A stretch of 64,000 bases of DNA from an uncultured Rhodospirillaceae bacterium (GCA_964474755.1 CAYYUG010000002.1:3096-67095), one strand, 5' to 3'; numbered from the stretch's first letter, positions 1 to 8,370 are shown. Notes: generated by a model not told the origin, from the letters alone. Numbers and translations are program-made.

Positions 1-43
1 TCCAAGGAACGATCCCGGTTTCGCTGAGCGACAGGCGGCTCGA

Positions 44-301
44 ATGGCCGCTGCTAAGGTGCGCGACGAGCGCAAAGCCCAACGCAAAGCAGAACGTGAA
101 GCCGCTAAATTGGCTGAAGAAGCCCGCAAGGCCAAGGAGTTGGCCGATGCGGAAGCCGCTCGAATTGCCGAAGAGAAACGCCTAGAAGCCGAAGCTCTCG
201 CGGAGGCCGAACTCGCGGTCGCTCTTGCTCAAGAGCAAAAAGCAGAACGGGACCGTCGTTATGCCGCCCGCAAGGCGCGCAAAGCAAAAAAACGCCGTTA
301 A
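44..301 (+). CDS. small (85 aa) highly charged Ala/Glu/Lys/Arg-rich protein, probably all-helical/coiled-coil; function unknown
   Basis: Complete ATG ORF. Composition is almost only A/E/K/R (KAQRKAEREAAKLAEEARKAKELADAEAARIAEEKRLEAEALAEAE, basic tail ARKARKAKKRR). A weak stem-loop AGCCT-N6-AGGCT lies at 338-353 downstream. Family not recognised with certainty. Confidence 0.5.
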   Translation: MAAAKVRDERKAQRKAEREAAKLAEEARKAKELADAEAARIAEEKRLEAEALAEAELAVALAQEQKAERDRRYAARKARKAKKRR

Positions 302-1022
302 GTCCCGTTTAAGTACACACTAAATTTGCGGCAGGTAGCCTTATTTTAGGCTGTCGTCAGGTTGAACGCCGTGTGCAGAAGGGTGCGGCAGCCAAGGCAG
401 TATAAGAAGCCTAGACGTGGATGGCTGGGTATCTATTAGTAGAAGGTCTGCTGCTGCTTCCTGGCTGTTTGATGGAAAGGATTAGCATTTTTGGCGCAGT
501 CGTATTTCTTGGTAGCGCGTATCTTAATTTCCGGTTTGCGGAGAAAATGGAGGCGGTTATCGTCGCGCTACCATCCATTTTCGATTACTCGAGGGAGATC
601 CAGTCGGTCGCTTCTGGCGAATTCGAAGCAACGGGCGCGCCATAGCCTCGTGACTGAACTGATGCTTTTCACGTTAGGGGTGACCGGTTCCTTTATAGAA
701 AATGATGTGCGTTGAGGTGACGTCATTTGCCAACATGTTGTCGAGTTCATTTTTAACCCTTTATGTGGGAGTGTCGTAGAGATCGAGTTCACTGCGCTTT
801 GTGAGTCGGAGTACCTTGAACACTTGTCCTTTGTGCTGTTTCCGCCGAATAGCGGCTGATGGAAAAGAAGGAGCGTTTAACAGAAGGCAAAATTTACCGA
901 CCGTGCGACGAGCCAGAACATGTTCCTTCGCGCTCCGGTGCTAACTTTTTTTCTACCGGACTCCAATAGTTAGAAGAATCCTGACAGACTTAAGCAACAC
1001 GAACCACTGAAAGGTCTCTGCG

Positions 1023-1859
1023 ATGATGGACATATCTGGCAAGACCGCGATCGTCACCGGCGCTGCTTCCGGTATCGGCATGGGGATTGCGACAGCGCTC
1101 GCGGAGATGGGCGCGAACGTAGTTATGGCTGATATCCAAAAAGCAGCGGTTGAGGAGGCGGCTAAGGCCCTCTCTGACACGAATAAGCGCGTAATGCCGG
1201 TTCAGATCGATGTGACGCAAGAGCAATCCGTAGTCGATGCCTTGGCGGAGGCTGAACGCAACTTCGGCAATCTTCATATTGCTTGCAATAACGCTGGCGT
1301 TCCGATGCACGGCACTGGACTAATTGACGTGCCGCCCGGCGACTGGGAGTTTGTGACTGGCGTTAATATTTGGGGGATTATTTACGGGATCCGCCACTTC
1401 GTTCCTGCCATACTGAAGCATGGTGAAGAAGGTCATATAGTCAATACAGCATCTGTAGCTGGCTTCCAAAACCGCCGTGGCACGAACCAGGGGCCGTATT
1501 CGATGAGTAAATATGCCGCCGTTTCGTTGTCCGAGGGACTAGAGCACGAACTGGAAGGCACAAATGTAGGTGTTTCGGTGCTATGCCCTGGTCCGATCGA
1601 CACAAACATTGCTCGCGGAGCCCGCAACCGCCCCGATCATATGGGCGGTCCGCAAGTTCGGTCTAATGATGAAGCTGTGTTAGCTGAAAAGCTCGCAACG
1701 ACGGGTATTGATCCGAAGAAGGTGGGTGAGCGCGTTGTTGATGCGATCCGCACGAAAACGTTCTACTCCTTTGTCGGCGCCGTTCCAGCGGATGTTATCA
1801 GGGCCCGTCACCGTCGCATTGAGGATGCCCTTAACAGCGGCTGGGTAACGCATTATTGA
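1023..1859 (+). CDS. short-chain dehydrogenase/reductase (SDR) family oxidoreductase
   Basis: N-terminal Rossmann motif TGAASGIGMG, NNAG motif (ACNNAGV), and catalytic Ser plus YxxxK (YSMSKYAA). GAAAGG Shine-Dalgarno-like sequence upstream of the ATG. Confidence 0.85.
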   Translation: MMDISGKTAIVTGAASGIGMGIATALAEMGANVVMADIQKAAVEEAAKALSDTNKRVMPVQIDVTQEQSVVDALAEAERNFGNLHIACNNAGVPMHGTGLIDVPPGDWEFVTGVNIWGIIYGIRHFVPAILKHGEEGHIVNTASVAGFQNRRGTNQGPYSMSKYAAVSLSEGLEHELEGTNVGVSVLCPGPIDTNIARGARNRPDHMGGPQVRSNDEAVLAEKLATTGIDPKKVGERVVDAIRTKTFYSFVGAVPADVIRARHRRIEDALNSGWVTHY

Positions 1860-2089
1860 GGCAGTGCATAGTTTACGATTGCAGCAATTGCCGATGATTG
1901 GTCATGTATTGCTGCGATTGGGAACAAGTATGTTCCATTGAAACGTCCAATCGCCCATAAGAATTGCCGGGCGATGCAATCTGGGTTTTCTTCTTGATAT
2001 TCAGTGCCTCCTTCGACAAGTGCCAGGCAAACGAATAAAATAGCTTGTATCCTCGACTTTTTGGCAACCGCCTAATGGAGTTCCCAAGC

Positions 2090-2935
2090 ATGAAATTTGG
2101 CGCATCCATGTTTTGCACTGACTATTCCATGAACCCAGCCGAACTAAGCCTTGCCATGGAAGAACGTGGCTTCGAGTCCTTTTGGGCGCCGGAGCATTCG
2201 CACATACCTACGTCGCGCATCTCGCCCTGGGGCGGCGGTCCGGAGCTGCCAAAACGTTATTACGACGTAATCGACCCATTTGTTGGCCTGGCAACAGCTG
2301 CTGCGGTCACCAAAAAGCTAAAGCTAGCAACAGGGGTCTGTCTGATCATCCAGCGCGATCCAATTCAATTGGCGAAGGAAGTGGCGACACTGGATTATCT
2401 TTCTGATGGTCGGTTTCTGTTCGGTATAGGTGCTGGCTGGAACCGCGAGGAAATGGTTAATCACGGCACCGATCCGATTACCCGTGTAAGGCTAATGGCG
2501 GAGCGGGTGGCTATGCTCAAGACTATTTGGACTGAGAAAAAGCCAGAATTCAATGGTGAGTTCCAAAGCTTCGAACCGATGATGACATGGCCGAAGCCAG
2601 TACAGAAGCCTCATCCACCTATTTTGGTGGGTGGCGCTATGCCCCATGCCGCGCGCCGAGCTGTTGCCTATGGTGACGGTTGGATACCTTTAGGTGGTCG
2701 CGGCGCGGATGTTCTGAACCAATTACCTCGTTTCCGACAAATGGCAACTGAGGCCGGCCGTGACACAGACAGTCTGCCTGTTTCGATTTTCGGATCGGAG
2801 ATGAACATTGATATTTTGAAGAAGTACCGTGACGCGGGCATTGAGCGAGTTGTCTATTCATTAGAGTCGGAAAAGGCTGATCAAGTTTTGCCGGTGCTTG
2901 ATACAATCGCCAGTCTAATACAGTCTATTGATTAA
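2090..2935 (+). CDS. luciferase-like monooxygenase (LLM) class oxidoreductase, Rv2161c-like (F420-dependent-type) subfamily
   Basis: MKFGASMFCTDY..., ERGFESFWAPEHSHIP, IIQRDPIQLAKEVATLDYLSDGRFLFGIGAGWNREEM and KPHPPILVGG are typical of the LLM/Rv2161c-type family. Start moved from the TTG at 2045 to the ATG at 2090, which has a GGAG ~9 nt upstream. Confidence 0.8.
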   Translation: MKFGASMFCTDYSMNPAELSLAMEERGFESFWAPEHSHIPTSRISPWGGGPELPKRYYDVIDPFVGLATAAAVTKKLKLATGVCLIIQRDPIQLAKEVATLDYLSDGRFLFGIGAGWNREEMVNHGTDPITRVRLMAERVAMLKTIWTEKKPEFNGEFQSFEPMMTWPKPVQKPHPPILVGGAMPHAARRAVAYGDGWIPLGGRGADVLNQLPRFRQMATEAGRDTDSLPVSIFGSEMNIDILKKYRDAGIERVVYSLESEKADQVLPVLDTIASLIQSID

Positions 2936-3026
2936 AGGCGGGTTCCTATAAATGATATTAAATCAGTAACTTAAGAAGATGGTCGAATGAGCGATAGCTT
3001 AATTTTGCAGAAATTTAATAACAAAA

Positions 3027-3075
3027 AAACTGGTCTAGAAACACAGCTTAAAGCATATAAAATAGTGACCAGTTT
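3027..3075. terminator. long-loop inverted repeat between convergent LLM and OYE genes (possible bidirectional terminator)
   Basis: AAACTGGTC (3027-3035) and GACCAGTTT (3067-3075) are perfect 9-bp complements. An A-run precedes them and TTT follows. The loop is 31 nt, which is long for an intrinsic terminator. Confidence 0.3.
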
Positions 3076-3148
3076 ATGCACTAAAATTAAAAACAAACGT
3101 TAAATATGATTATAATAAAGGTTTAACTTCGACAAAATTAAATATTGT

Positions 3149-4354
3149 TTACCCAGGTGTATTCTTTGCTGCTGAGCCAACTTTCCAATCGTTAGGGTTA
3201 GAAGAGGTTAACATTCTTTCTCTAACTTCTAACCACCATCCGGTATTCGGTGGCCATCCTTCGAAGCCATTATTATCACTGAACTCATGTAAAGCCTGCA
3301 GTGCCCAGTTTGGGTTAAATAGAGCTTCTCGTCCTAAAGCAATAAGGTCTGCTTTATCCGTAGAGATAATTTTATCCGCTTGTTCTGGCCGAAGAATTAA
3401 TCCAACTGCCATTGTTAACAAATTACAATTTTTTTTAATCTCGTCGGCAAAGGGTACTTGGAAGCCAGGTTTTGGCGGCTCCTTAGAAGCCAAACTAAAC
3501 AATGAGTTTGGCCCCTTAATGCCGCCTGATGAGCAGTCAATTAAATCCACCCCAGCACGTTTTAATTCGTTTGATAGCTCAATCGTGTCTTCGATTTGAA
3601 GGCCACCTTCAAATCTATCTATACAAGATAATCTAAAAAATAAAGGTTTGTGGTTAGGCCAAAATATTCTGATTTCTTTAGCAATTTCAATTGCTAACCT
3701 GAATCTATTTTTCTTGGATCCGCCATAATCGTCAGTTCTAAAATTATTTATTGGAGATAGGAAAGAGTGAATTAAGTACCCATGGGCGGCATGCACATCT
3801 AATATGTCAAAGCCAGCTTGGTCGCATCTTTTCGCTGCCTTACCAAACCTTTTTATTAACTGTTTAACTTGTGATAGAGTGAGAGCCTTAGGCTTGTCGT
3901 AACCAGGTGCTGATGGCACATCACTAGACGATACAATGTCCCATGTTTGCTCTGCGCCGTTTGTGTTAGATTGGCTAAGAGGTTGTAATCCGTCATATGG
4001 CCTCTGTCTTGCTGATTTGGGGCCACAATGGCCGATTTGTGCGGCTGGTATTGAGCCTCTAGAACGAATAAAATCGGAAATATGTTTTAATTTAGAAACT
4101 TGCTTGTCATTCCAAATGCCAGCATCTGAATATGTGCTGCGACCACGCTTTTCTACACAAAGTACTTCAGTGAATACTGTTCCAAACTTAGCTTCAGCAA
4201 ATTTTCCCAGGTGAACTAGATGCCAATCAGTCATACACCCGTTGTCCTTTGCCATATACATTTGCATAGGTGATAAAACAACGCGATTTGGGACAGTTAT
4301 ACCTCTAATCTTCAAGGGTTGGAAAAGGTGTCTTCCAAGCTGTTTAGTTTTCAT
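3149..4354 (-). CDS. NADH:flavin oxidoreductase, Old Yellow Enzyme family (YqjM/NamA-like)
   Basis: LFQPLKIRGITVPNRVVLSPMQMY N-terminus, HAAHGYLIHSFLSPINNFRTDDYGGSKKNRFRL active-site block, and C-terminal LIALGREALFNPNW. The gene and its flanks are visibly more AT-rich than neighbouring genes. Confidence 0.85.
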   Translation of the reverse strand: MKTKQLGRHLFQPLKIRGITVPNRVVLSPMQMYMAKDNGCMTDWHLVHLGKFAEAKFGTVFTEVLCVEKRGRSTYSDAGIWNDKQVSKLKHISDFIRSRGSIPAAQIGHCGPKSARQRPYDGLQPLSQSNTNGAEQTWDIVSSSDVPSAPGYDKPKALTLSQVKQLIKRFGKAAKRCDQAGFDILDVHAAHGYLIHSFLSPINNFRTDDYGGSKKNRFRLAIEIAKEIRIFWPNHKPLFFRLSCIDRFEGGLQIEDTIELSNELKRAGVDLIDCSSGGIKGPNSLFSLASKEPPKPGFQVPFADEIKKNCNLLTMAVGLILRPEQADKIISTDKADLIALGREALFNPNWALQALHEFSDNNGFEGWPPNTGWWLEVRERMLTSSNPNDWKVGSAAKNTPG

Positions 4355-4810
4355 AACAGTAATTCTTTCACAAAGGGCTGGATCTTTTTTGCGTTGGGTT
4401 TAGATCGTATATTTTATGAATAGAATGAACAAAAATTCGTGAAATCCAGGCTGGATAATAACACGCACGGCGGTATATGAGAATTGTCTGGATATAGAAC
4501 GTATAGGTTTTAAATTTGAGGGGGCTTTAACAAGGGTATCAATTCGTTAGCTGAATTTATGAAATTTCAGTTGAGGGCTCTGAAACCTAGGAATTGATGC
4601 TTATGAAAGGGTTGACGATGCTTCGTGTTGTTGAAACTTGGCTATCAAGACGCTGTGGTATCACACTATAAAAGAACGCCTTCCAGTTGAGATGGCGGCC
4701 AATGTCTAGCCCAGAAACGGTCCGCAAATTAATAATAATTTTGGGTACGAAATTTCCTATCGTTTAACTGCCTGTTCGACAACAGGGACTCCCAATAACA
4801 CGAAACGACC

Positions 4811-5143
4811 CTATCGTCCCCGGAGTTCTATCAGGAGTTTCGCCGCGGCGGCGACGCTATTCGATAGCGGTTTTTGTTCGCAATAGTTATCGATCCATAG
4901 CATTGCACTGTCCAGATCGCTGCCTTCCAGCCAGTTCGCCTTGCCGGGAATATATGCATTGGCAGCAGTCAGGTAGCCTGATACCCAGAAGACATCTAAA
5001 ACTCTTGACCAGCTATCTTCCTTTTTGTCGCGGATCCACTCTACACAACTACGTGTCTCAAAAGTGACATACCCGCCGGCTTCGTCAGCGTGTCCGGGCA
5101 CTGCAATCAGCAATGTTGCAACGAATGCGATTACAAAGCGCAC
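4811..5143 (-). CDS. exported small protein (110 aa) with cleavable signal peptide and two conserved-looking cysteines; function unknown
   Basis: GTG start preceded by GGGAGG. Signal peptide MRFVIAFVATLLIAVPGHA|DE. The mature part carries C..W...W.SGYL...N...WIDNYC. Confidence 0.6.
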   Translation of the reverse strand: MRFVIAFVATLLIAVPGHADEAGGYVTFETRSCVEWIRDKKEDSWSRVLDVFWVSGYLTAANAYIPGKANWLEGSDLDSAMLWIDNYCEQKPLSNSVAAAAKLLIELRGR

Positions 5144-5276
5144 GGCCTACCTCCCGAGTGTTATTTTAGCCACGACTTCCGTAATTTCGCGATGGTTCCC
5201 TTATTACAACTTTAGGTACAGCGGCTTCTGGGTTGCGCAGCTATGGGCATATTCCTGAAAGTCACATAGTGGTGAT

Positions 5277-6149
5277 CTAGCGCGAGCGAAGTTCTCGGTG
5301 CAGGATGAATAATCCAGCGCCAACTACCAGCATTCCACCCGTTAGTTTCAAAGCATCCGGTACATCTCCCCAGACCGCATAACCAATGACAACCGCCCAG
5401 ACCAGAGAAAGATATCGGAACGGCGCCATTGTTCCACCAGGTGCTAGTAGTAGGGCTTGGATCGCAAGTAAATGTGAAAGCGAATTTAAAATTCCAGCAC
5501 AAGCTAGTAGAACCCATTGCACCGAACTGGGCCATTGGGCCCCGAAAACGGGCATGGTAATGGCTCCAATTAGGACACCAGCAAGCATCGAATAGAACAG
5601 GATCGAAACGGCGCTGTCGTCGTTACGCAGCCGACGGGTCGCCACATCACGTAACGCTGATAACAGAGCTGTGAAAAGGGGAAAAAAATAGAAGAAAGGG
5701 ATACCTTCTCCGCTTGGACGCACCATCATCAGCAGGCCCGTGAAGCCGACAAAGACGGCCAGCCAGCGCCGCCAACCGACTCGTTCCCCTAACAACGGAG
5801 AGGACAACGCAGTGAGTATGATTGGCGAGACAAAAATAATTGCCAGAGCGTCAGCCAGGGGCAGGTAGATGAAAGATATCACAACGAATATTGATGTGGC
5901 TCCGCCCAATATGGCGCGGACGAGCGTGCCTTTGAGATTGCGACTGACCAATTGCTCTATGCCACCCGACCTCATCGCTATAATCATTATGATGGGCACA
6001 AAGGTAAAAAGGCCACGAAAGAACATGATTTCGCCCGGATGGAAATCGGTCGTCAGCGATTTGCTAATGGCATCCTGAATGGTCATCAGGAGACCGGCGG
6101 CAATCATGCATAACGACCCCTTAGCACCGTCGGATAAATTCCTTAACAT
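5277..6149 (-). CDS. DMT superfamily (EamA-like) transporter
   Basis: About 10 hydrophobic segments arranged as two EamA-type halves. Start uncertain: the ORF begins at a TTG (6212), and the ATG at 6149 gives a typical ~290-aa length. Confidence 0.75.
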   Translation of the reverse strand: MLRNLSDGAKGSLCMIAAGLLMTIQDAISKSLTTDFHPGEIMFFRGLFTFVPIIMIIAMRSGGIEQLVSRNLKGTLVRAILGGATSIFVVISFIYLPLADALAIIFVSPIILTALSSPLLGERVGWRRWLAVFVGFTGLLMMVRPSGEGIPFFYFFPLFTALLSALRDVATRRLRNDDSAVSILFYSMLAGVLIGAITMPVFGAQWPSSVQWVLLACAGILNSLSHLLAIQALLLAPGGTMAPFRYLSLVWAVVIGYAVWGDVPDALKLTGGMLVVGAGLFILHRELRSR

Positions 6150-6265
6150 AACATTGCTATGCGGTCGCTCCTTGGCATCGGATGCAAGTAGGTCGAAGTA
6201 TTGGCACGGCAAAAAGGTACTTCGCTAGACTTAAATTCTATAAGGAACCGCATAATCTGGCCTAG

Positions 6266-6286
6266 GACACACCTTTTAAGTGTGTC
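6266..6286. promoter_or_regulatory. perfect 7-bp stem palindrome upstream of the EamA transporter gene (possible operator)
   Basis: GACACAC-cttttaa-GTGTGTC read directly; lies in the non-coding gap upstream of the minus-strand transporter. Confidence 0.25.
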
Positions 6287-7031
6287 ATGTGATGATAAAT
6301 AGGCATCTGCATATTGAAGTCATGCTTCACTTTTGTCTGGCCTGATATGTCAGAACCCTGGGTTCGATTTCCGTCACTTCCGGTACTTTGCCGCACCAGT
6401 TATGCAACAGGTGTTAGTGAGAATTTTAAAAAAATTTCACTGATAATTTCCATCGCGTGCCTATTGCTACTTTTTTTGTCTGCATCGCCTGTTCCTGCAG
6501 ATTTGGACTGTCTACTCCGTGACCACTCCGGTTTAAATCCCGGCGGATGGGGCGTTATGAATTTCTGGTTCTGTTGTTACCGTTCTACGCAGGTCGCAGA
6601 ATGTTGCGCCTCCATGCCAACACGCCTGCGGGCTTCCGGACAGTTCGTCCAAAAGTGTTTTTGTCGTGAGTTTGGCCGGTATCTTCCGAAACAACGATAT
6701 ATACCGATGCGCGTTCTAAACCGGCGACTTCTGGAACATGGCCTATTTTGTGATCATTACCGCAAATCTCATTTTCACACCTCATCATAACAAGTGTTCC
6801 AAGGAGGTTGGTTGGTCATCCAATCGTTTGGCGTATATCGGATGGGGGTTGGCTGTACCCTCGAAATCAAATCAAGGAATCGATTTTGGGGCCTTCCTTG
6901 ACGAGCTTATATAGTGAGCGAAACAGCTTCTAAAGATCATACTGTGCGCCTACTGTCGGGATCGAGTTTGGGAGCCACCTGGGGAATGTCGATTTGTGCC
7001 ACACTAGAGTTAACGAATAGCGATCGGCAAG

Positions 7032-8246
7032 ATGAAGCGAAATATCATCATCGTCGGAGGCGGCGTGGTTGGATGCAGTGTGGCCTGGCATTTGGCGAAG
7101 CACGACCTCGGCAACATAACCTTGGTCGAAAAGGAACAACTCGGCGCGGGAACGACCTGGCACTCGGCCGGCAATCTTACCTGGCGGCCTGATGGTGATC
7201 GTGATGCCCCGGTGCTCTATATGTTTGATCTGTTGGACGAGGTGGAGCACGAAAGCGGCCTAGAAATCGGTTGGCTGCGCACTGGCCGGCTGTTTGTTGC
7301 ACGTCACGAAGCGGCACTAGCCTCGTTCGAAACCCAAGCGGCGGCCGCGACGGCACGTGGCTTCGAATCACATGTATTGGATCCCAAGGCAGCCGCTCGC
7401 CACCATCCGCTGTTGAACCCGGAAGCCTTGGTTGGTGCTTGGTTGAATGGGAGTTCAGGCCACCTCGATCCCTCTAACCTAACCGCTGCCTATGCACGCG
7501 CTGCTCGTAGGCGAGGCGTTACGATTGTCGAGAATGCTCGGGTCGAGGGTCTCGAGACGAAGGGCGGGCAGGTTGTTGGCGTACGTACCACGTCGGGAAT
7601 GCTGGCGGCTGACATCGTCGTGGTGGCTGCCGGCCTTTGGTCGCGGGAGCTTTTGGAACCCCTTGATATCGCGCTCGCACAATGGGGGTGCGAACACTTC
7701 TACGTTATCGCCGACATTGGCGAGCCCCTGCCTCGAGAAACTCCGTCTTTCGTGGCGCCCGCTGATTTGATCTATGGACGCGAGGATGTCGGCCATTTTC
7801 TCTTCGGTTGTTTTGATGAAGGGGCGCTGACCCTGGACACCGATGCGTTGCCCAGTCCCTTTGCCTTCACCCTGCTGCCGCCGAATTGGGATAAGTTCGC
7901 ACCCTATTTCGAGACAGTGGCTCAACTCTTTCCCGCGGTGCGCGATGCGCCGATCCGACAATTCGTCAACGGTCCCGAGAGCTTCACGCCCGACGGTCAT
8001 CCTCTGATCGGGCGTCTCTCCAGTTTCGACGGACTTTATGTGGCAAGCGGAATGAATTCTCATGGTGTGACGCTGTCGGGCGCAGCCGGACATATCATCG
8101 CCGATTTGATCGCCGAGGTCCCCTGTCGGTTCTCGGCAGAGGATTATGCGCCGGAGCGGTTCGGAGAGAAATCGGGCGACGTCGAGTGGCTACGTGCCCG
8201 CATTGCCGACGCGCCGAGCGGCTACTACCGAGGTACCAAACTCTAG
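7032..8246 (+). CDS. FAD-dependent oxidoreductase, DAO family (dimethylglycine/sarcosine-dehydrogenase-like flavin domain only)
   Basis: N-terminal dinucleotide fold IIIVGGGVVGCSVAWHLAK followed by GAGTTWHSAGNL, reminiscent of DMGDH/sarcosine dehydrogenase-type amine oxidoreductases. No folate-binding (GcvT) domain follows. Confidence 0.8.
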   Translation: MKRNIIIVGGGVVGCSVAWHLAKHDLGNITLVEKEQLGAGTTWHSAGNLTWRPDGDRDAPVLYMFDLLDEVEHESGLEIGWLRTGRLFVARHEAALASFETQAAAATARGFESHVLDPKAAARHHPLLNPEALVGAWLNGSSGHLDPSNLTAAYARAARRRGVTIVENARVEGLETKGGQVVGVRTTSGMLAADIVVVAAGLWSRELLEPLDIALAQWGCEHFYVIADIGEPLPRETPSFVAPADLIYGREDVGHFLFGCFDEGALTLDTDALPSPFAFTLLPPNWDKFAPYFETVAQLFPAVRDAPIRQFVNGPESFTPDGHPLIGRLSSFDGLYVASGMNSHGVTLSGAAGHIIADLIAEVPCRFSAEDYAPERFGEKSGDVEWLRARIADAPSGYYRGTKL

Positions 8247-8348
8247 AACCTAGCTTGTCAATTTGATCTTTAGTGATCTAGCTCTCTATTGCACGAACTT
8301 TCGTCCCAGATTGGGTGTTCCGAAAGTCCCTCTGAAAACGATATCGTA

Positions 8349-8370
8349 AAGTCCCAGAAAACGGGGACTT
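8349..8370. terminator. stem-loop between convergent FAD oxidoreductase and SDR genes
   Basis: AAGTCCC (8349-8355), 8-nt loop, GGGACTT (8364-8370). No clear U-tract on either side. Confidence 0.3.

Noticed and set aside
421-645. 74-aa ORF with two hydrophobic stretches (possible small membrane protein), overlapping ORFs at 491-715 and 568-792.
   Set aside because: There is no RBS and no recognisable family. Three mutually overlapping ORFs of equal length in different frames argue for chance. This is left unannotated but is not excluded.
6358-6550. Two tRNA-like T-arm fragments (GGGTTCGATTTCC and CCGGTTTAAATCCCGGCGGATGG) that might be tRNA genes or att sites.
   Set aside because: I could not fold either into a cloverleaf. 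The T-stems have mismatches, one lacks the invariant C56, and there is no matching acceptor stem, D-arm or anticodon arm at the right distances. At best they are decayed remnants.
6314-6790. 158-aa ORF in the EamA/DAO spacer.
   Set aside because: The composition is rich in Cys, Arg and Phe. There is no recognisable motif and no RBS. It overlaps the tRNA-like fragments and an antisense ORF of similar quality, so it is likely non-coding.
7479-8093. Long antisense or alternative-frame ORFs inside well-supported genes: 7479-8093, 21005-21478, 41498-42058, 49429-50031, 52990-53577, 20341-20823 and 26317-26811.
   Set aside because: All lie within genes that have strong family signatures in another frame or on the other strand. 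Their Arg/Ser/Pro/Ala-rich composition is typical of shadow ORFs in GC-rich coding DNA.
8325-8345. CCGAAAGTCCCTC resembling the RNase P RNA GGAAAGUCCGGGC core.
   Set aside because: The match is short and imperfect, in a 200-bp spacer far too small for RNase P RNA. The sequence is part of a local repeat and hairpin (AAGTCCC ... GGGACTT).
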